Shown here: positions 5,749 to 5,998 of the stretch, piece by piece | How positions within the stretch are numbered: position 1 is the stretch's first letter | Layout: each line of letters begins with the position of its first letter | Assembly (NCBI GenBank): GCA_001192655.1 | Contig: BBVC01000069.1 | Span: 1-5,998, forward strand | Direction: 5' to 3' | From: Caedimonas varicaedens | GTDB lineage: Bacteria; Pseudomonadota; Alphaproteobacteria; Caedimonadales; Caedimonadaceae | Length of the DNA: 5,998 nucleotides | The notes under the pieces: generated by a model | Databases searched by the model: none | Told to the model about the DNA's origin: nothing | Seen by the model: the letters and a program-made list of their open reading frames with translations, nothing else | Translations under genes and position numbers: made by a program

Positions 5749-5998
5749 ATGCATTACAGTATAGATTTACATTAGCGGGTTGTTGATTTTGTGAGAGGAG
5801 CAGGCTCGAAAGCCCGAAGCCTCTCGTCGGTTTAAAGTGAGCCTTTGGTGTGTGTTTGATTGTCTAAAGAGGAGTGATTTGAGTTCTCAAAAAGTGACGC
5901 TCGCCACCGCAAGCTAGATTAGGGAGCCTTAAGAGTCCACGTTCAGGCCTATCCTGATGCTCGTTTAAAGGAACGTTCCGAGCATTTTCAGGCGCATA
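5749..5998 (+). pseudogene. Decayed N-terminal (HTH) part of an IS630/Tc1-mariner-family transposase gene, continuing beyond the window
   Basis: From ATG 5749 the frame reads MHYSIDLH*RVVDFVRGAGSKA. This matches the IS630-family start pattern M.YS.DLR.RVv..v..G.S. The +1 frame from ~5816 reads EASRRFKVSLWCVFDCLKRSDLSSQK, matching ..A.rF.VS...V...lkR. The original frame from ~5890 reads KSDARHRKLD*GALRVHVQAYPDARLKERSEHFQAH, matching ..rKLD.eaL...V...PDa.L.ERa..F.. There are in-frame TAG codons at 5773-5775 and 5920-5922. Two compensating frameshifts are needed, near 5812-5818 and 5885-5895. A possible left end, TATGCGCAAAA, sits at 5630-5640. Confidence 0.55.

Noticed and set aside
5773-5922. 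Both premature stops in the IS630 remnant are TAG: stop-codon recoding or pyrrolysine?
   Set aside because: The same reading frame also contains TAA (5833) and TGA (5857, 5875) and requires two frameshifts. Ordinary pseudogene decay explains this better.

Overview
AT-rich bacterial window. It is probably from a low-GC alphaproteobacterium; this is inferred from the HslV N-terminal extension ending WHG|TTIL and from the HslU N-terminus, and is not proven. The core (1054-5578) is ordinary chromosomal content. It holds a 724-aa membrane sensor adenylate cyclase (TM, Cache-like periplasmic domain, TM, HAMP, class III cyclase, TPR-like tail). A HIT/HinT-like hydrolase is convergent to it, and a divergently transcribed hslV-hslU protease operon has a 4-bp ATGA start/stop overlap. 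Both edges carry accessory or decayed material. These are an intact small secreted Rap1a/Tai-like (T6SS-type immunity fold) gene (122-481), a 5'-truncated Fic-family remnant (602-862), a 119-bp GC-rich element with terminal inverted repeats and TA flanks abutting the cyclase start (916-1034), and a decayed IS630-family transposase N-terminus running off the 3' end (5749-5998). I saw no tRNA, rRNA or CRISPR array. I found no convincing novel multi-gene system. The items most worth a second look are the Fic-remnant/Rap1a-like islet and the MITE-like element, which may be related to the IS630 remnant. All family assignments come from motif recognition by eye and need HMM or BLAST confirmation.
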